A stretch of 64,000 bases of DNA from Candidatus Sumerlaeia bacterium (GTDB lineage Bacteria > Sumerlaeota > Sumerlaeia > MVZB01). The number at the start of each line of letters is the position of its first letter. Within the stretch, counting starts at the first letter, position 1. The notes beneath the pieces were generated by a model that was not told the origin of the DNA, ran no database searches, and worked only from the letters and a program-made list of their open reading frames with translations. The translations under genes and the position numbers were made by a program. Positions 60,119 through 64,000 of this stretch are shown here, piece after piece. The DNA is taken from contig CAUZJO010000005.1 in NCBI GenBank assembly GCA_963580245.1, forward strand, positions 5,020-69,019, in the 5' to 3' direction.

Positions 60119-61546
60119 TTAAGCCCGGCGCAGCCGCACGACCGGCCGCCTCGGCGCGCGGCCGCCGCCCCCGGGCTCTCCGCTGAATCCCTCGTAGTGG
60201 CGCATCAGCAACTGGGATTCAATTTGTTTCATCGTATCGAGCAATACGCCGACCACGATGATCATCCCTGTTCCCCCGGCCAGTTGCGCCACCGAGAACT
60301 GGATGCCGAAGCTTACGAACATCATTTGGGGGACCAGCGCCACGACGATCAGAAGCAGTGCCCCAACCACCGTGATGCGCACCAGGATATGATCGATGAA
60401 GTCGGCGGTGTGTTTGCCCGGTTTGATCCCCGGGATATAGGCCCCCTGCTTCTTGAGATTGTCGGCCAGGTCCGTGGGGTTAAGCGTGATCGCCGTGTAA
60501 AAAAAGCAGAAAAACCCGGTCAGGAGAGCAAACGCCAGCGTGTAAATGTTGAGCATCTTGAGTAGGTTGAACGCGCCGCCCGAGCTCAGCTCAAGGGCAT
60601 TGTACGGGTTGTGAATCGAGTTCATATCGAGGTAGGAACCCAACGCGTAGAACACCGAGCTGGGGTCGCTCGACAAGCTGGGCAGAATCATGCTTGGGAA
60701 GGTCAGGATCGCCGAGGAAAAGATCACCGGAATGACGCTGGCGGTGTTGAGCTTGAGCGGGATGTAGTTGGTGCTGCCCTGCATCATGCGGCGCCCCACC
60801 ATGCGCCGGGCGTGCTGGACCGGCACCTTGCGGTTGGCCTGCTGGCCGAAGACGATCAGTGCCGCCACCAGGATCCCCATCGTCAATACGGCCACCAGCG
60901 CGATCGGTGTCATGGCGTTATTCGCGATCTGCACGAAGGCGAGTCGCAGGCTCATCGGATACTCCGAAATGATGCTGACCATGATGATCAAGGAGATGCC
61001 ATTGCCGATCCCGTGCGCCGTGATCTTCTCACCCAGCCACATGATAAAGCACGTGCCCGTGCACATCGTCACCGACGTCATGAGCAGGAACCAGAAGGGG
61101 CTCTCGGGGATCATGCTCAAATTGGAATTGTTAAGCCAAACGCCGATGCCGAAACCCTGGAAGAAGCTGAGTCCCACCGTCGCGTAACGCGTCCACTGGT
61201 TGATCTTCTTGCGTCCGGCTTCCCCTTCCTTGGAGATGCGCTCCAGCCTGGGCCAGACCGCCGTCAGCAGTTGGATGATGATCGACGCGGAGATATACGG
61301 CATGATGCCCAGGGCGAAAATTGTCATCTGGCTGAACGCGCCGCCGCTGAACATATTGACCACGCCCAAAACGCCCCCGCCCCCGCCCAAGGTCGTGTTG
61401 AAGTACTCCTTCATGGCGTTGGGGTCGATGAACGGCGTCGGAACAAAACAGCCAAGTCGATAGACGCCGATGAGGGCCAACGTGACCAACACCTTGCGGC
61501 GCAGATCGGAGATGCGGAAGATATTAAGGAGTGAACCGAGGATCAT
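60119..61546 (-). CDS. secY: preprotein translocase subunit SecY
   Basis: 10-TM SecY. ATGA overlap with rplO. Confidence 0.9.
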   Translation of the reverse strand: MILGSLLNIFRISDLRRKVLVTLALIGVYRLGCFVPTPFIDPNAMKEYFNTTLGGGGGVLGVVNMFSGGAFSQMTIFALGIMPYISASIIIQLLTAVWPRLERISKEGEAGRKKINQWTRYATVGLSFFQGFGIGVWLNNSNLSMIPESPFWFLLMTSVTMCTGTCFIMWLGEKITAHGIGNGISLIIMVSIISEYPMSLRLAFVQIANNAMTPIALVAVLTMGILVAALIVFGQQANRKVPVQHARRMVGRRMMQGSTNYIPLKLNTASVIPVIFSSAILTFPSMILPSLSSDPSSVFYALGSYLDMNSIHNPYNALELSSGGAFNLLKMLNIYTLAFALLTGFFCFFYTAITLNPTDLADNLKKQGAYIPGIKPGKHTADFIDHILVRITVVGALLLIVVALVPQMMFVSFGIQFSVAQLAGGTGMIIVVGVLLDTMKQIESQLLMRHYEGFSGEPGGGGRAPRRPVVRLRRA

Positions 61547-61992
61547 GAAACACCTTCACAACTGCCCCCCGCCGCCTCGATGGCCTCACGGGCCTTGGCC
61601 GAAAACCCATCGAGCTTGACCGTCAATTTGCGCGTCACCGCGCCGTTGGCCACGACCTTGACCGTTCCGATTTTCTTGGCGATCAGGCCCTTGTCCCGCA
61701 AGGCGGCAAGGTCCACCGTCTCACCGTCCTCGAACCGCTCGAGGTCGCGCAACGTGATGTGGGCGCGGTAGGCGCGAAATCGGTTGTTGGAAAAGCCGAA
61801 CTTGGGCAAGTGCCGGATCAACGTCATCTGCCCCCCCTCGAAGCCGGCACCTTTGCCCCGTCCCGAACGAGAATTCTGGCCCTTGCTGCCGACGCCGCAC
61901 GTGCATCCCCAACCCGAACCTTCACCCCGGCCCACGCGCTTGCGTTTGGTTTTCTTGCCCGGGTCGCCCGGCAACTCATGCAATTTTATCAT
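61543..61992 (-). CDS. rplO: 50S ribosomal protein L15
   Basis: Gly/Arg-rich L15 N-terminus. Confidence 0.9.
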   Translation of the reverse strand: MIKLHELPGDPGKKTKRKRVGRGEGSGWGCTCGVGSKGQNSRSGRGKGAGFEGGQMTLIRHLPKFGFSNNRFRAYRAHITLRDLERFEDGETVDLAALRDKGLIAKKIGTVKVVANGAVTRKLTVKLDGFSAKAREAIEAAGGSCEGVS

Positions 61993-62180
61993 GACGGCTC
62001 GACCTCCTCAACGTGCACCATATGACGGACCGCATGCAGCATGCCGCGCATCTGGGGGCTGTCTTCCTTGACGACCGTCTGGTGCAGGCGGCGCAGTCCG
62101 AGCGCGCGGACCGTGCGGCGATGACGCTGCTGTTGGCCGATCGCGCTCTTGATCCAGGTAACTTTCATCTGTTTGGCCAT
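61989..62180 (-). CDS. rpmD: 50S ribosomal protein L30
   Basis: 63 aa, MAKQMKVTWIKSAIG... Confidence 0.85.
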   Translation of the reverse strand: MAKQMKVTWIKSAIGQQQRHRRTVRALGLRRLHQTVVKEDSPQMRGMLHAVRHMVHVEEVEPS

Positions 62181-62234
62181 CGTTTATTCGTGGCGAAGAG
62201 CTGTCCTCGGGCGGGCGGCTCCGCGGCCAATCGT

Positions 62235-63116
62235 TTACTCCTGTGGGGTTTCCGAGCTTGGGGGTTGTGGGGATTGTTCAGGGGCAGTGGCTTGGGGAGC
62301 GGCTTCAGGCACCGGCTGAGGCGGCGCTTCGGCCTTGGTCGCCCCAAAAGTAGCGGTGGGCTTCGAGGTCGGAGGAACGACGCCCGCGATCGGAGGCACC
62401 GCCGTCTTCATGGGCACCCGCGCCTCAACCTTCTCATCTTCAAGCTCTTTGGCGTCTTTAACCGGCTCAGCCGCCTTCTCTTGTTCTTCAACCACTCCCA
62501 TGATTCGGTTCAGCGTCTGCTGATACAGCTTGGCCTTCTTGGCACCCAGCAGGTCGGCCACTTTCCTCCCGCGCAGCCGGGCGATGATCTCGGGCCGCTT
62601 GAGTGACACCAGCCCGTTCAGCGTGGCCTTTGCCACGTTCATCGTGTTGTCCGATCCCAAACTCTTGGCCAGGATGTCGTGGATGCCCGCAAGCGCGAGT
62701 ACCTTGCGCACCTGGGCACCGGCGATCAGGCCGGTTCCGGCCGAAGCCGGCTTGAGCATGACACGCGCCGTCGAGAACTGACCCACGATCTGATGCGGCA
62801 GGGTCCGTCCCATCAACGGAACCTGAATCAAGTTCTTCTTCCCACTCTCGACCGCTTTCTGGATCGCCTCGGGGACCTCGTTGGCCTTGCCGAAGCCCAA
62901 GCCCACGTGTCCATCTCCGTCTCCGACCGCCACCAGGGCCGAGAAACTGAATCGCCGGCCGCCTTTGACAACCTTGGCGCAACGGTTTAGAACAAGCAGT
63001 TCATCGCGCAAGGTAAGCGACGAGGGATCGATATCGCCGGTCGACCAGCTTTCCTGGACCGGGGGCGTGGGCTTGCGCGGCGGTCCACCCGATCTACTTT
63101 GTCGTGGTTCTCTCAA
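62235..63116 (-). CDS. rpsE: 30S ribosomal protein S5 with a ~100-aa Ala/Pro/Glu/Lys-rich C-terminal extension
   Basis: The S5 core ([16 protein letters not shown]...) spans about residues 30-195. A low-complexity tail follows, up to residue 293. ATGA coupling with rplR. Confidence 0.85.
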   Translation of the reverse strand: MREPRQSRSGGPPRKPTPPVQESWSTGDIDPSSLTLRDELLVLNRCAKVVKGGRRFSFSALVAVGDGDGHVGLGFGKANEVPEAIQKAVESGKKNLIQVPLMGRTLPHQIVGQFSTARVMLKPASAGTGLIAGAQVRKVLALAGIHDILAKSLGSDNTMNVAKATLNGLVSLKRPEIIARLRGRKVADLLGAKKAKLYQQTLNRIMGVVEEQEKAAEPVKDAKELEDEKVEARVPMKTAVPPIAGVVPPTSKPTATFGATKAEAPPQPVPEAAPQATAPEQSPQPPSSETPQE

Positions 63117-63526
63117 AACTTTAGTCCTCCTTCGCGGACTGCATCGGCGAAGGCCTTCACCACGCCGTGGTAACGATAGCCGCCGCGGTCAAAGATTACC
63201 GCGCCGACGCCCTTCTCGACCGCCCGACCGGCCATCTCCTTACCCAGTTTACTCGCCCATGCCATGTTGCTCAAATTCTTCGCTTCGCCCTTGCGCGCCT
63301 TGGTGTTGGTCGTCACGCTGCAAACGGTGCGTCCGTCGGTATCGTCGACGATCTGGGCGTAGAGGTGCTTGAGACTCTTGTGGATGCACAAACGCGGGCG
63401 TTCGGCCGTCCCCGAGACCTTGCGCCGCACGCGCAAGTGGCGTCGCCGCAGTAACTGCAATCGATTCCCGGACATCTTTCGCGCTCTCGCTCTCTTTCCC
63501 GTAATCTCGCCAACCGACCGGCGCAA
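63113..63526 (-). CDS. rplR: 50S ribosomal protein L18 (the start may be the internal Met near 63475)
   Basis: L18 core [20 protein letters not shown]. Confidence 0.85.
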   Translation of the reverse strand: MRRSVGEITGKRARARKMSGNRLQLLRRRHLRVRRKVSGTAERPRLCIHKSLKHLYAQIVDDTDGRTVCSVTTNTKARKGEAKNLSNMAWASKLGKEMAGRAVEKGVGAVIFDRGGYRYHGVVKAFADAVREGGLKF

Positions 63527-63529
63527 CCC

Positions 63530-64000
63530 TTACGCCCCGGTCTTGCCAACCTTGCGCCGCACGTGCTCGCCCTCGTACCGGATCCCCTTCCCCTTATACG
63601 GCTCGGGGGGACGGACGGCCCGGATTTCGGCCGCGACTTGACCGACTTTTTGCTTATCGATCCCGCTGACAACAATCGAGGCGGGCTGGGGGGCGTCCAA
63701 TTTAATCCCCTCGACCTGCTCCACTCGCACATCGTGGCTGTAGCCGGCGTTGATGACGAGCGTCTTCCCATCCATCTGGGCCCTGTAGCCGACCCCCACC
63801 AACTGCAGCTTCTTCTCAAATCCCTCGCTCACGCCGGTCACCATGTTGGTAATCAGGCGATGATAGAGACCGTGATAAGCCCGGTCTTGACGACCATCGC
63901 TCGGCCGCTCGATCAGCACGTTGTTCTCTTGCTGCTTGACCGCCACGTGCCCGCGGTATCCCAGACTCAAAACGCCCTTGGGACCCTTCACGGTCAACGT
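63530..64000 (-). CDS. rplF: 50S ribosomal protein L6 (5' end beyond the window edge)
   Basis: L6 C-terminal two-thirds. The gene runs off the window. Confidence 0.8.
   Translation of the reverse strand, partial: TLTVKGPKGVLSLGYRGHVAVKQQENNVLIERPSDGRQDRAYHGLYHRLITNMVTGVSEGFEKKLQLVGVGYRAQMDGKTLVINAGYSHDVRVEQVEGIKLDAPQPASIVVSGIDKQKVGQVAAEIRAVRPPEPYKGKGIRYEGEHVRRKVGKTGA

Overview
This window is a high-GC (~65%) bacterial chromosomal segment, roughly two-thirds core genes and one-third accessory/secreted-protein genes. PVC-type traits such as prepilin-like proteins and delta-60, DUF11, FG-GAP and CARDB repeat proteins make a Planctomycetes-like origin plausible but unproven.

Core genes read from the sequence:
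- an ArsS-like radical-SAM gene paired with a DUF547 gene;
- a biotin-less carboxyltransferase;
- a glnK-amtB operon next to a tandem-receiver response regulator;
- metY-metX;
- yicC, an AI-2E transporter, an HpcH aldolase, prfA, tadA, a purine nucleoside phosphorylase and a cytochrome P450;
- the 3' end of the ribosomal spc/alpha region on the minus strand, from rplF (partial, runs off the window) to rpsD.

The accessory content is dominated by giant secreted or surface proteins:
- a >2,200-aa DUF11/GEVED/LruC/FG-GAP adhesin;
- a 1,577-aa C25 (gingipain-like) lipoprotein;
- beta-propeller proteins;
- a CAP-domain protein;
- a low-GC island carrying an ankyrin-repeat protein, a beta-helix protein, a PHP phosphoesterase and a SASA esterase.

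The things most worth a second look:
- two families of structured repeat elements found by eye: a ~125-bp multi-hairpin element with a GNRA tetraloop in inverted copies flanking metX-yicC, and a ~190-bp direct repeat placed about 180-200 bp upstream of two accessory genes;
- a palindromic CTCGTAATCG hairpin family;
- a 350-bp intergenic region packed with seven perfect hairpins and a thrice-repeated GGATCCGTGAGATGCAC motif;
- frameshifts in G/C homopolymer tracts, plus two in-frame TGA codons, that break several large secreted-protein genes;
- two recurrent C-terminal tail motifs, W-x-[ILV]-Y-[EQ]-stop and PVTLSxFxVE-stop, shared by unrelated secreted proteins.

No rRNA, tRNA, CRISPR array or transposase was found. 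Many long ORFs antisense to real genes are high-GC artefacts and were rejected.
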